A DNA stretch of 64,000 nt from Eledone cirrhosa (taxonomy: Eukaryota): NCBI GenBank assembly GCA_964016885.1, contig OZ024742.1, forward strand, positions 319,362,001 to 319,426,000, given 5' to 3'. The first letter of the stretch is position 1. Each line of letters begins with the position of its first letter. The notes under the pieces were generated by a model that did no database searches, had not been told where the DNA came from, and saw nothing but the letters and a program-made list of their open reading frames with translations. Below, piece by piece: positions 51,303 through 62,539 of this stretch. The translations under genes and the position numbers were made by a program.

Positions 51303-51790
51303 ATGAGGAGTGGCTGTGTAAAAGAACAATTCTTGTCCCCAAAACATCACAGTGAATGCCATCAACAAAATCTCTCACAAATGATCCCTGGAGCTAGCCA
51401 GACTAATAAGTCTATCGACAAAGTTGTCGATAAGGACAAAGCTGTTCATTATTCTGTTGAATTTCTCAACAGTCTGGAACCGTCCGTTATGTTGCCGCAC
51501 AACCTTGAATTGAAGGAGTGCATTGTCACCATGCTTCTCAGAAACCAAGATCAGCCAAGATTGTGCAATGGGATGCATATGGTTATGACTGAACTACAGC
51601 CTCACATTATTGAAGCCCAAATCTTCACTGGATGTGGTAAAGAGGACATCACATTTATACCTAGAATGCCGCTAATACCAACAGATGTCCCTTTCGTTTC
51701 AAACGATTTTGTAATTCCCAGTGAAAATCAGTTATGCAATGACCATCAAAAAGTCCCAGGGTCAAACACTGCAGGTTATATGTACCATCT
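51303..51790 (+). mobile_element. Helitron Pif1-helicase fragment (pseudogene)
   Basis: VEFLNSLEPS.M.PHNLELK, MLLRN..QPRLCNG, IIEAQIFTG, FIPRMPLIP, then SYAMTIKKSQGQT after a frameshift. Confidence 0.85.
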
Positions 51791-51969
51791 AGAAGATGGC
51801 ATATGTGTATGTATATATATATATGTGTGTGTGTGTGAGGTTGAAATCAGGAATGTTATCAGGCCACAGAAAAAAAAACAGCTTGAAATAAAGGGCTCAT
51901 CCAACCCATGCTAACATGAAATGCAGAACATAAGGATTTTCACCACGCCACTTTGTTTTCTTTTTGTAG

Positions 51970-52077
51970 TTTACTTCCCTGGTTAAAAGATTGTTCAGTT
52001 CTCTTTCCACCTCAAAAAAAGTGAAAGCACTTAAAGCACATTTTCACCCAAAGACAGTTTATAAAGTACTTCAAGAG
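51970..52077 (+). CDS. MTFR1: MTFR1-like coding exon 2: FTSLVKRLFSSLSTSKKVKALKAHFHPKTVYKVLQE
   Basis: TTTTTGTAG acceptor, GTAAGA donor, 108 nt, only frame 0 open. SLVKRL resembles MTFR SIVR.I. Confidence 0.7.
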
Positions 52078-52477
52078 GTAAGATCATTTTTTTCCCTGTT
52101 GTTTTTAAGGAGCTTGTGTGGTTAAGTTGTTCACTTTACAACCATGTAGTTTTAAGTTCTATTCCATTGTGTGACATTTTCAACAAGTGTCTTCCATTAT
52201 AGCCTCATGCTGACCAATGTCTTGTGAGTGAATTTGATAGACAGAAACTGTTCAAAGCCTGTCATCATTATCATCATCATTGATCAGCATCTATCTTCTA
52301 CGCTAGCATGGCTTATAATATTTTCATTCAATCTGAAAATATTGAAGAGATAAGACACTTTCCCATTCTTCTCTGCTAAAATGTATCACTAGAGTTGATT
52401 CCAATTGTTCCAGCCATCCATTCTCACTAATCTCCGAAGGTATTTTAGCCTACATATTGTTGGTAATATTAATGATG

Positions 52478-55400
52478 TTCCCTGCTGTATTAGCGATAAA
52501 TTTTCGAGGGTTTTTCTTAGTAGTTTTCATGACGTTATTATTGTTAATCTTACTGATGTAGTATTAACTTGGATATTTACCATGCGGTATTCTAATTCTA
52601 TTGTATCTCTCTCAGTTATTTACCATGCGACTCTCAGTTCCTACCTCACAAGCTCCCTCTCCCCCACCCCCACACACCACCATAGTCTATTCGACCAATC
52701 AAACCTAGCATGCCATTTCCACTGCTGCTGCTACTACCTGCCTAACTAACTCTCTCCTCCTCTGGCGCATCCCAACACACCCTGCCATTACCCCACCACC
52801 ACTGTTCTTCTAGCCCTCAATTTTCCCACCGTTATGGATGGATGAGCTGAGAATACATTTGAGCAACTCTGAATCAATAGATGAAATATGAATCTGCGAG
52901 CTACCAGCACCCACGTGAAGCGCCAACCCAGAGACCCTCCCCTACGAGTGTCGACAAATGCCCAAAACTCCGAGTTGGTACCATCAATGTAGGCTCAATG
53001 AAAGGAAGAGCAGGGGAAATCGTAGAAATGCTAGAGCGAAAGGAAGTTGATGTATGCTGTGTGCAAGAGACTAGATGGAGAGGAGGGTCTGCTAGAGTCC
53101 TTGTAGGAAAAAGCCAGTGCTACAAATTTTTCTGGGTGGGAAATGACGATGGGATGGGTGGTGTAGGTATACTACTAGCTGACAAGTGGGTAGATAAAGT
53201 AATCTCAGTGTACAGGGTAAATGCAAGAATCATTAAACTCAGACTAGTCCTGAATAAGACAATTACAACAATAATATCAGCTTACGCACCCCAATCGGGG
53301 CTGCCAGACGAACTTAAGGATAGGTTTTACGAGTCCCTAATACACACTACTGCTCTAACAGACGACAAGGACTTCCTAATCATTGCAGGAGATTTTAACG
53401 GACACGTAGGTAAACACTGCGACGGCTTCAATAGAGTACATGGAGGCCATGGAGTTGGCACAAGGAATGAGGAAGGATTCAGACTTCTAGAATTCTGCGA
53501 CGCCAATGACATGTCGATATGTAACACAAACTTTAAAAAACCCGACAACCACCTGATCACCTATAGATCAGGGGAGCACTCTAGTCAGTTAGATTTTATC
53601 CTCATCAGAGGACGTGACAGATGGACGGTCGTAAACACAAAAGCCTTCCCTAGTGAGGAATGTACATCCCAACATAGCTTAGTTGTCAGCGACCTCACGG
53701 TCAGAACTAGACGAGCCCTGAAACAGAGGCCAACCTGGAGAAGAAAGATCTGGAAGCTGAAAGTCCCCTCAACCAGTAACAGATTTAAAGATATTTTACT
53801 CAACGCCTACGACAGTAAAGAAGAACAGATAGAGACATTTAACGTAGAAGAGAACTGGGAGTTCCTAAAAAATAACTTACTAGAGGCGACGGATGAGGTT
53901 TGTGGCTGGAGTAAGACCTCAAGCAGGAGGAGAGTGACTTGGTGGTGGAACAATAAGGTAGATGAAGCAGTCAAGGCCAAGAGACAGGCATGGAAAGAAT
54001 GGAAGAACGGGGGGAGCAGGGTACATTACATAGAGACCAAGAGGGAAGCTAGGCGACAAGTATACTTAGCTAGGAGGGAAGCAGAGGATAGAAAATTCAA
54101 GCATGTTTTGCAACGTGAGGACCAGAAACAGGAGGTGTTCAAGATTGCGAGGCAGTGTGTCAGAGAGAGTTGTGATGTCATTGGAGAGAAGTGTATGCGG
54201 AATGATAAAGGTGAGCTTGCCCTCACAAGTGCTGAGAAGAAAGATGCATGGAAGAGTCATTATGATAGATTACTAAATGAGGAAAATGCATGGGAAGAAG
54301 AGACCCTACCCCATGTAGACCCTATAGAGGGACCAGCAGTACAAGTCAGCGGCAGCGTAGTAAGTAAGGCAATCAGAGATATGAAGATGGGGAAGGCAAC
54401 CGGTCCATCGGGTATAGCTGCCGAGATGCTGAAGGCATCTGGGTCTGTAGGTCACACTATAACCACATGTATCGTTAACCAGGTAATACTAGAAGGGGCC
54501 ATACCAAAAGATTGGTGCAGTAGCATCATTGTCAACTGCTACAAAGGTAAAGGCGATGCACTAGATAGAGGAAACTATAGAGGTATAAAGTTGATGGACC
54601 AGGTCATGAAAGTAACAGAAAGAGTTATAGCACAGCTGATTAGGGACCGGGTGAATATAGACGAGATGCAATTTGGGTTTGTACCAGGGAGAGGCACCAC
54701 TGATGCCCTCTTCCTTGTGAGGCAATTACAGGAAAAGTACCTAGCTAAAAGTAAGCCACTCTACTTGGCATTTGTCGACCTTGAGAAAGCCTTTGACAGA
54801 GTTCCACGTGCTGTAATCTGGTGGGCTCTTAGAAAACTAGGAGTAGATGAATGGCTTGTGAAAGCGGTACAAGCCATGTATAGGGGAGCAGTCAGCAAAG
54901 TTAGGATTAGCAATGAGTATAGCGAGGAATTTAGCGTACAGGTTGGGGTCCACCAGGGCTCTGTTCTTAGCCCTCTCCTGTTCATCATAGTCCTGCAGGC
55001 AATAATGGAGGAGTTTAAGACCGGATGCCCATGGGAACTCCTGTATGCTGATGACCTCGCACTCATAGCTGAATCTATGGTAGAACTAGAGAATAAATTC
55101 CAAACCTGGAAGCAGGGACTAGAGAGAAAGGGCCTCAAAGTCAACATGACAAAGACTAAGGTCCTTGTAAGTAGACGAGAAAACAGAACCCAGATCCCCT
55201 CAGGGAAATGGCCTTGCTCAGTATATAGGAAAGGTGTAGGTAGGAACTCCATTCTCTGCCCCAAATGCAAACAATGGGTACACAAGAGATGTAGCGGGAT
55301 CTCAGGAAGCTTAATTAAGAATGTAGGATTCACATGCAGCAGCTGTGCTGAAACAGCAAGCAAACAGCCACAGGAAACAAGTACCACCAATCTCTGGGAG

Positions 55401-56312
55401 GGCCCTGTAGAAACAGTAGACAGCTTCTGCTACCTAGGTGACCGAATTAGCAACGGAGGTGGGTGCTCAGAAAGTACAATAACTAGGGTAAGAACGGGAT
55501 GGAAGAAGTTTAGGGAACTACTACCACTGCTAGCTGCAAAAGGCTTCTCCCTCAGAATGAAAGGCAGACTGTATGATGCGTGTATCCGAACAGCGATGTT
55601 GCATGGTAGTGAGACCTGGGCGCTGAAGGTGGAAGACTTACGTAGATTAGAGAGAAACGAAGCCTGCATGCTCCGATGGATGTGTAACAGTAATATACGT
55701 GAACGACAAAGCATAAATGAATTGAGAGAGAGACTGAGCATAAGAGGAATCAAATGCTGCGTGCAGGAGAGGCGGTTACGCTGGTATGGACATGTGATGC
55801 GTATGAAGGATGACAGCTGCATAAAAAGGTGCAGAGCACTAGAAGTTGATGGAAACCGCGGAGTGGAGAGACCCAAGATGACTTGGGATGAGGTGATAAA
55901 AGCCGACCTTACCCAACTACACCTCTCAAAGACAATGACACACGACCGTGACTTCTGGCGTCACGCAGTAATACAGGGTACCCGACCTCCCATGGGTACA
56001 TGCTGAAGCATATAAACAATATGCCCCCACTCCCCCCACCGCAAGGTGGTCGTGGAGGTGCCACGGCAAAAAAGCACCCAGCCCACACTGTAAAGTGGAC
56101 GTGTAAGCGCCACGAAAAAGCACCCAGCACTCACTGTAAATGAGGTTGGTGTTAGGAAGGGCATCCAGCTGTAGAAATCAAGCCAGATCAGTTCCTGTAT
56201 GAGCAAGGCATGGTCAGCCGACCAGACACTGCCCACAACAGGACAACCCGTCTAACCCATGCTAGCGTGGAAGAACGGACGTAAAACGGTGATGATGATG
56301 ATGATGATGATG
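52478..56312 (+). mobile_element. Full-length RTE-clade LINE in an MTFR1-like intron (5' boundary approximate)
   Basis: Intact single ORF, a 3' UTR with internal repeats, and a (GAT)n tail at 56289-56312. Confidence 0.9.
52881..56006 (+). CDS. RTE ORF, 1041 aa: APE endonuclease + reverse transcriptase + PHD-like finger
   Basis: GTINVGSM, CVQETRW, SAYAPQ, GDFNGHVG, LDFIL, SQH; QFGF, FVDLEKAFD, YADD; CSV(Y)..CPKC..HKRC..CSSC. No stops. Confidence 0.95.
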   Translation: MKYESASYQHPREAPTQRPSPTSVDKCPKLRVGTINVGSMKGRAGEIVEMLERKEVDVCCVQETRWRGGSARVLVGKSQCYKFFWVGNDDGMGGVGILLADKWVDKVISVYRVNARIIKLRLVLNKTITTIISAYAPQSGLPDELKDRFYESLIHTTALTDDKDFLIIAGDFNGHVGKHCDGFNRVHGGHGVGTRNEEGFRLLEFCDANDMSICNTNFKKPDNHLITYRSGEHSSQLDFILIRGRDRWTVVNTKAFPSEECTSQHSLVVSDLTVRTRRALKQRPTWRRKIWKLKVPSTSNRFKDILLNAYDSKEEQIETFNVEENWEFLKNNLLEATDEVCGWSKTSSRRRVTWWWNNKVDEAVKAKRQAWKEWKNGGSRVHYIETKREARRQVYLARREAEDRKFKHVLQREDQKQEVFKIARQCVRESCDVIGEKCMRNDKGELALTSAEKKDAWKSHYDRLLNEENAWEEETLPHVDPIEGPAVQVSGSVVSKAIRDMKMGKATGPSGIAAEMLKASGSVGHTITTCIVNQVILEGAIPKDWCSSIIVNCYKGKGDALDRGNYRGIKLMDQVMKVTERVIAQLIRDRVNIDEMQFGFVPGRGTTDALFLVRQLQEKYLAKSKPLYLAFVDLEKAFDRVPRAVIWWALRKLGVDEWLVKAVQAMYRGAVSKVRISNEYSEEFSVQVGVHQGSVLSPLLFIIVLQAIMEEFKTGCPWELLYADDLALIAESMVELENKFQTWKQGLERKGLKVNMTKTKVLVSRRENRTQIPSGKWPCSVYRKGVGRNSILCPKCKQWVHKRCSGISGSLIKNVGFTCSSCAETASKQPQETSTTNLWEGPVETVDSFCYLGDRISNGGGCSESTITRVRTGWKKFRELLPLLAAKGFSLRMKGRLYDACIRTAMLHGSETWALKVEDLRRLERNEACMLRWMCNSNIRERQSINELRERLSIRGIKCCVQERRLRWYGHVMRMKDDSCIKRCRALEVDGNRGVERPKMTWDEVIKADLTQLHLSKTMTHDRDFWRHAVIQGTRPPMGTC

Positions 56313-56404
56313 CCTCAAACAATTCGATTGGGATCTGCTATACTGTGGCTACAACTTCGATTTATACCTATTATTATTATTATTATACATATATATCTTC
56401 TTTA

Positions 56405-56682
56405 CTCACTTATTCCTGAGAGGGTCGTGAGGGCAGAGTCCTCAAACACTCCTTCCAGCGGGTCCTGTCAGAAGCAACTATTTCCAACTGATTCTGCTGG
56501 ATCCTCAAGTGAGACCAGCCAAGCTCATGGATGCTATCCAACCATCTTGCCAGTTGGCTGTGCTTGTAAAATCTGTCCAGCGATTCTTTCACCTGAGACA
56601 TTCTAACAACATGCCCATCGTACTGGAGCTGCGATCTCTCAATTCAGAGAAGTAGCAGCTCTACCCAGAGCGACTCACTGAT
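56405..56682 (-). mobile_element. Rex3/Expander-like RTE 3' fragment
   Basis: Reverse complement of the 42055-42360 family. Confidence 0.7.
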
Positions 56683-57266
56683 ACTATCAACATTTCAATT
56701 AACAAACCTATTTTTAGACATTTTCTGTTAAATCATTACAGGACATTAAGAGTTAAATGAACTTCCTATCAGAGGAATTAAGTTTTGTATTTAGATTAAA
56801 ATAATTAGAAATATTTCAAGCCAGTGGATTGGTGAAATTTTTAGAACTTTGGACAAGAAGCCTTGCAATATTTGTTCTTACTCTTTACGTTCAATGTTTA
56901 GATTCAGTTGTGGACTTGAATCTATCACCTGGTTTAACACCACCACTTGATGCCTGAGTGCAGTCAGCAGAGTTCACTCTATTGCAAGCATCCGGGCCAA
57001 GTATCTGGAGACTATGAAAAGGATCATGGACACTGTCCTTCCCTCCCTGACTAAACAGCAAAAAAAAAATGAAAAAGAATCTTCAGTGCAAAATGTTTAC
57101 AGAATTTCTTTTCATATTACTTCTTCCATTTGCCAGGAAGGTCACCCTGCCCTAGAACAGTCTCAAAAAGGACTCCGTGATGAGTTTGATGAAGACTGTC
57201 ATGGATCCTGCCAGGCTAACTTCTACTTTAGCCTTAAAACACTTGTATTACTTTTTCCATTTGCAG

Positions 57267-57355
57267 AGTTATGGTACTGATTCTGATTCTGGACTTTCTG
57301 AATCTGAAGTTACTTGGATAGAGGAAGACCTTGGTGATAACTGCATAAAAATAAG
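57267..57355 (+). CDS. MTFR1: MTFR1-like coding exon 3: SYGTDSDSGLSESEVTWIEEDLGDNCIKI(R)
   Basis: TTGCAG acceptor, GTTAGT donor, phase 0 to 2. Resembles the MTFR motif S.ADV.WVA.EEGE..ARLR. Confidence 0.75.
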
Positions 57356-59200
57356 GTTAGTAATGTTTTTGTTCAATGATAAAACTGGAATGTATGTAAG
57401 CAAGGCATACCTTCTGGGCCATCTAGCTCAGATTAAGTAATGTAATGATCTGTCCAACCTTTGTCAGCATGGAAAAACAGATGTAAAATGATGAGGAAGA
57501 GGATTATCTACAGAAAGCAATGGACAATAGAAGTATTAAAATAATTTTTTTAACCCCACTGATGTCAAATCCCCCCATGCTTTTGTACTACAGAAATGTT
57601 TATTTTAAAGTATTTATATTTAAATTTAAACTTTCCATCATGATTTAAAGTAAGAAACTTTATGAAATTATGTTCCTGACACCAGTTTAATAATGAGAAA
57701 GTTAAATCCCTACAAACTGTCAATTATTTAAAAAAATTATTTTAAATTAATAGGCAGTGTCTTTTTGGGGAAATATAATAACAAAAGGGTTAAAGTGATA
57801 ATATTTATCTAAAAAAACCTATCAATTTTTTGTAAGAACCTTTAAGTTGTTCCAAATATTAGCTTAATAATTAGAAAGTTAATTATATTACTCAATCACT
57901 ACAAAATTCTTAATTATTTTCAAAATGATTTGAAAACCATAGGTAGTCTTTCATTAGAAATATGGTAAAGAAAAGGTTCATGACTTAGTCAAATGAGGAC
58001 GGGTAGTACCTATTAACATTTTCAGGATCTCTACGATTGGCAGATAAAAGAGATGATGTTATTTTCAGCTGAGAAGCTGGACCAAAATGCTTACAATGGA
58101 GTAGATTTTGTTAAAAATCACCGAAAGCTGAGGTGGTGTTTATCATCATCATCATCATCATCGTCGTCGATTAACATATATCTTCCACGCTAACATGGGT
58201 TAGATGGGTTTGTCGCAATTAGAGGCAAATTGGATTGGGTGACCGTGTGTCGCTCATATAGGAGAGTTTCTGGCTGGTTTTCTATGGCTGGATGCCGTTC
58301 CTAATGCCAACCACATAGACAGTGTGTTTATGTTGATAAATTTGCCTTTTTGATATACGAAACTACCTGATACCACACCTGGTTCTATGCTATACAACTA
58401 TTTATTTTTAAATGTTTGTATTTATATGTAAAAAGAAAAAACCTCCATCATGATATTATGTAAGAACGTTTGTTATGTTCCAAAAGCCAGTTTAATAATG
58501 AGAAAGTTATTTGAAAATCATGGGCAGTTTCTTTAATTAAGAAATATGGTATGGAAAGGTTTACGTCTACCACTCAAGAACAGAAATAGTCCTTCCTATA
58601 GACAGGGAATGAGACCTGGTTATGTAGTAAAATAATTCTACTACACAACAGGTGTTCATTTCATCCTTACTAAACAAAACCTCACCAGTTTGAATGGACC
58701 ACTTGTGAAAAATATTAAAATTTTACTGAACACATTTGTGGTCAAGATAATCACTGTTCTCTTCTCAATTTCATTTTGTATTTCCTATCCATATATACTT
58801 TCTTTTACTGTTACCGGTTTCAGTCATTGGACTGCAACCATGCTGGGACATTGCCTTCATAACATTTAAATAACCATATTAACTCTAGTTCTTTCTTTTT
58901 TTAAGTTTGGTACTTATTTTATTGGAACACAAAGAATGTTCCAAATTGTACAGTTTCATCGCCATGTCCTATGCGTAGTTGATGCCTTAGGAAAACATCA
59001 CACACGGAAAGCACATGTTATTTCCCCCAAAAAAATTCAAGAAAGTTTGCATAGTCAGGACCGACGGGGCGAATTTTCAACGGTGTTCAGACGCAAATTC
59101 TAGTTGTCAGTCTGATATCCATAACTAACTGTAAAACTCATTTCATCCTTTATAATTTATGTAATAAATACATTTTTTTTTTATTGTTTGTTTATTTTAG

Positions 59201-59391
59201 AACTCAAGTGAATAATCGTGGAAATTTACAATTTAATGAAAGTGTATTGTCATCAGTTAACCTCATGGACTCATTACGGACATCAACTCCACTTAATCCT
59301 TTTGAGGAAAGTGTTAATTCCTTACAAAAGATCAATGAAATGCAATCTGAGATTGAAAAACTAAAGGAACAAATTGCTATGATGTGCAAAA
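59201..59391 (+). CDS. MTFR1: MTFR1-like coding exon 4: ...SVNSLQKINEMQSEIEKLKEQIAMMCK (coiled coil)
   Basis: TTTTAG acceptor, GTAACG donor, phase 2 to 1. Compare MTFR1 [24 protein letters not shown]. Confidence 0.82.
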
Positions 59392-60177
59392 GTAACGATT
59401 TTTTAAATTAATTTTATTTTAACTCTTTTGTAAAATTTGTTGTAAAAATGATGGTGTTGTTGCTGATATATATATATAGAATAAGAAAATATGAAATAGT
59501 TACAGATCTTAAAGTCCTTTATTGATAAGGCTGTGCATATTTCAATGACGATATTAGCCACACGATTCTGCTTAACCAGTGCTATGATCTCATCAGACAG
59601 CTCTATTACATAATAAGGTTATGTTCTCGAGGCAATCCAAATTAAAATGACAAGGGAACAGACAAAGATGATGTTTTTGAAGCCTTTGCTTGTTCCCTTG
59701 TGAGCCCTAATTCACCTTCACAGCATTGCGCAGGTGCAAATGTGATATATATATATCAGCAACGCATTGGATAACATTTGCATAACAACCTTTTGATGCC
59801 TTTGAAATGTACCCAGTACTCTCTAGCGTGGTTGGGGATAAATATGAGAACCTCCTTACTATTGTTGATCTACATGATAAACATATCTAGTACACTATGT
59901 AAAGTGGTCGGTAATAGGAAGCGCATCCAGTCGTAGCAAACCTATCAAACAAAGGTTCTGTAGGACTCTTCAGCTGTGTTGAAGACATTACTATTTCTCT
60001 AGTGTTGGTGCCATGATAAAATGCACTCCTGGAAGTCTGAGGTTTTAGTTGAGTACTGACTATTCTGTGATGATCTATCCAACTCTTGCTAGCAGGAAAA
60101 ACAGATGTTAAATGATGATGATGACACCATATATAATATATATATTGTTTTATGTATATTCTACCTCCATGTTTTAG

Positions 60178-60422
60178 GTGCAGCTTTCAAACCAGAAGAA
60201 ACTTGCTCAAATAATTCATCAGTGACACCAACAGTACCCACCACACCACAAACTTACTTACCAAGAACTACAGTTCCACCACCACCGCCCCTGCCATCAC
60301 TGCTGCGAGCACCAGTGCCACCGCCTCCTCCACCACCACCACCTCTATCTACTTCAAAGACGAGTGATTCAAGTTCTGAACCAACTAAAAAATGTTTGTC
60401 TCTTGGAGATATACTTAAGCAG
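60178..60422 (+). CDS. MTFR1: MTFR1-like coding exon 5: polyproline tract and SLGDILKQ; gene continues beyond this exon
   Basis: TTTTAG acceptor, GT donor, phase 1 to 0. PPPPPLP..PPPPPPPPP then LGDILK (MTFR1: NMLEILK). Confidence 0.82.
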
Positions 60423-60695
60423 GTATTTTTGTTTTATATACGCAAGCACACACACACATATGTATATGTATTCTTTTATACTTTTACTTGTTTCAGTCAG
60501 TAGATTGTGACCATGTGGGGGTACTAGCTTGATGGGTTTAGTTGATTATATTGATATCATCATCATCATCATCATCACAGTATTTATTTTTTCAGGCCTG
60601 GTACTTATTGTCAGACTGTTACAGGGCATAAACACAATTACAAACGCAGGCACGCATACATATGTGAGTGTGTGTCTCTCTGTCTATATGTATAT

Positions 60696-61010
60696 CAGTG
60701 GTTCCCAACCTTTTGTGCCCCATGCCCCCACCTCAACATCTCAAACATTTTAAAGCCCTACTTTGATATAAAAACCGATGATCAACTACAAAGTGTAAAC
60801 AAATTGGCATATGGGTGATGCCAGATGCTCAATAACGTGTGGAGGAGGTGAGACAGGAGTTTCCGACCATAATTTGTTACAAAGTTGCCTTGGTGTAAAA
60901 GAAATAAGATAAAACCTGAAGTTTGATCTCATTAACATCATTTTCAAATTGCCTCCTTGAATATTCAAATTGCTCCCCTGTGGGGCATGCGCCCACGTTG
61001 GGAATCACTG
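60696..61010. mobile_element. hAT (Charlie-like) MITE
   Basis: TIRs CAGTGGTTCCCAAC / GTTGGGAATCACTG. The 8-bp flanks are ATGTATAT and ATATATAT. Confidence 0.8.
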
Positions 61011-62539
61011 ATATATATATTAGTTGAGTCAATGACAACAACCCATCTAGTACTGGTGCCATAATAAATGCCCTCGGTACACTCTTTAATGTGGTTGGCA
61101 ATAGGGAACATACCAAACAAAGTATCGAGATGACTCTTCAGCTGTGTCAAAGATATGGCAACTTCCCTAGTATTGGTGACTTGATAAAATGCACTTGGTA
61201 GAGTGCAGGATTGTATGTCAAGTCACAGGCCCACCTGGATGTCGGTAGCTTTGTTTAACTAACTGATCTATGGTGATGCATCCAAACTTTGCTCGCAGAA
61301 AAATGGACATTTATGATGATTATGATTGTGTGTGTGTCTATACACACACACATATACTACAGGTTTCTGTCTGCAGTTCCCATTGGCTAAATTTCATTCA
61401 CAAGGCACTGTCAACCCATGGTTATAGTAGAAGATACTTTTCCCAAGATGCCATGCAAATTCTTTTATTACTTTATTATTTTGAAAATAAGAATTTGGAA
61501 GGATTTAGTAATATAACTTTCTCATTACTAAATTGATATTTGGAACATAACAAAGGTTCTTGCATAAATTCTGATGGAAGGATTTTAGATTAATGTAAAC
61601 ATTTTAAAATATGCAGTTTTGTAATGTAGAACCAGTAGTGGTTTTGTTTTAAAAGTCTTAATAATATATTTTTTAGGTTAAAATTAAGATTGTTTATCTA
61701 ACTTTGTAGTTGTGGATAGTATTTAAGTGTTGATGTGTTGTTTCCTTGAGCAAGACACTTTATTTCACATTGCTCCAGTTTTCTCAGCTGTAGAAATGAG
61801 ATGATAGGGACAGGGGTCCATATCATTCCACTGCAAAGTGGTCGTGGAGGTACCACGGCAAAAGAGCACCCAGCATTCACTGTAAATGAGGTTGGTGTTA
61901 GGAAGGGCATCCAACTGTAGAAATCAAGCCAGAATCAGTTCCCGTCCCACCCTTGCAAGCAGGGAAAAGCGGACGTAAAATGATGGTGATGGTGGTGGTG
62001 GTGGTGATATCTCCCCTCTTCTGTGTTCCACTTATATATCAAGTGCACTTACAAGCCTTGCTTATACTTCACAATGATAGTACTTGACCTACTAGAGATA
62101 GCAGCCAAATCCTTATCAAATTATGTTGTCCAAGGTATGTGTGTGTTGGTTGGACCAGTTCCGAAGATGAGTGTTCCAGTTCGATCAATGAAATACTCTG
62201 CTCTTAAAATTAACCGGCAAATTATTGAACATTCCACAGACATGTTCACCCTTAACTTCGTTGTCAGGGAGATCCAGCGTGATATAATGTGTGACAAGGC
62301 TTACTCTTTGAATTATAGGTACAACTGTTTTTATGGGGGGGTCTGCGGGAATATGAAATAAAGTGTTTTACTCAAATACACAGCACACACCCTGGAATCG
62401 GACTCACATCTTTACGATCATGACCTGAACACTAACCACTAAACCACGCTCTTTTGCAGTCCGAGTTACACTATATTTCTGCACAAATAAAATAATTATG
62501 AGATTGTTTCTACTGGAACGGTTTTGATTATATCACAAA

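Noticed and set aside
57137-57214. Extra MTFR1-like exon (EGHPALEQSQKG...)
   Set aside because: No GT donor, and the sequence resembles the RTE 3' UTR motif GGAAGGGCATCCAGC..TAGAA.
61678-61710. Next MTFR1-like exon after TTTTAG
   Set aside because: Phase 0 gives VKIKIVYLTL* without the expected conserved C-terminus. The real exon probably lies outside the window.
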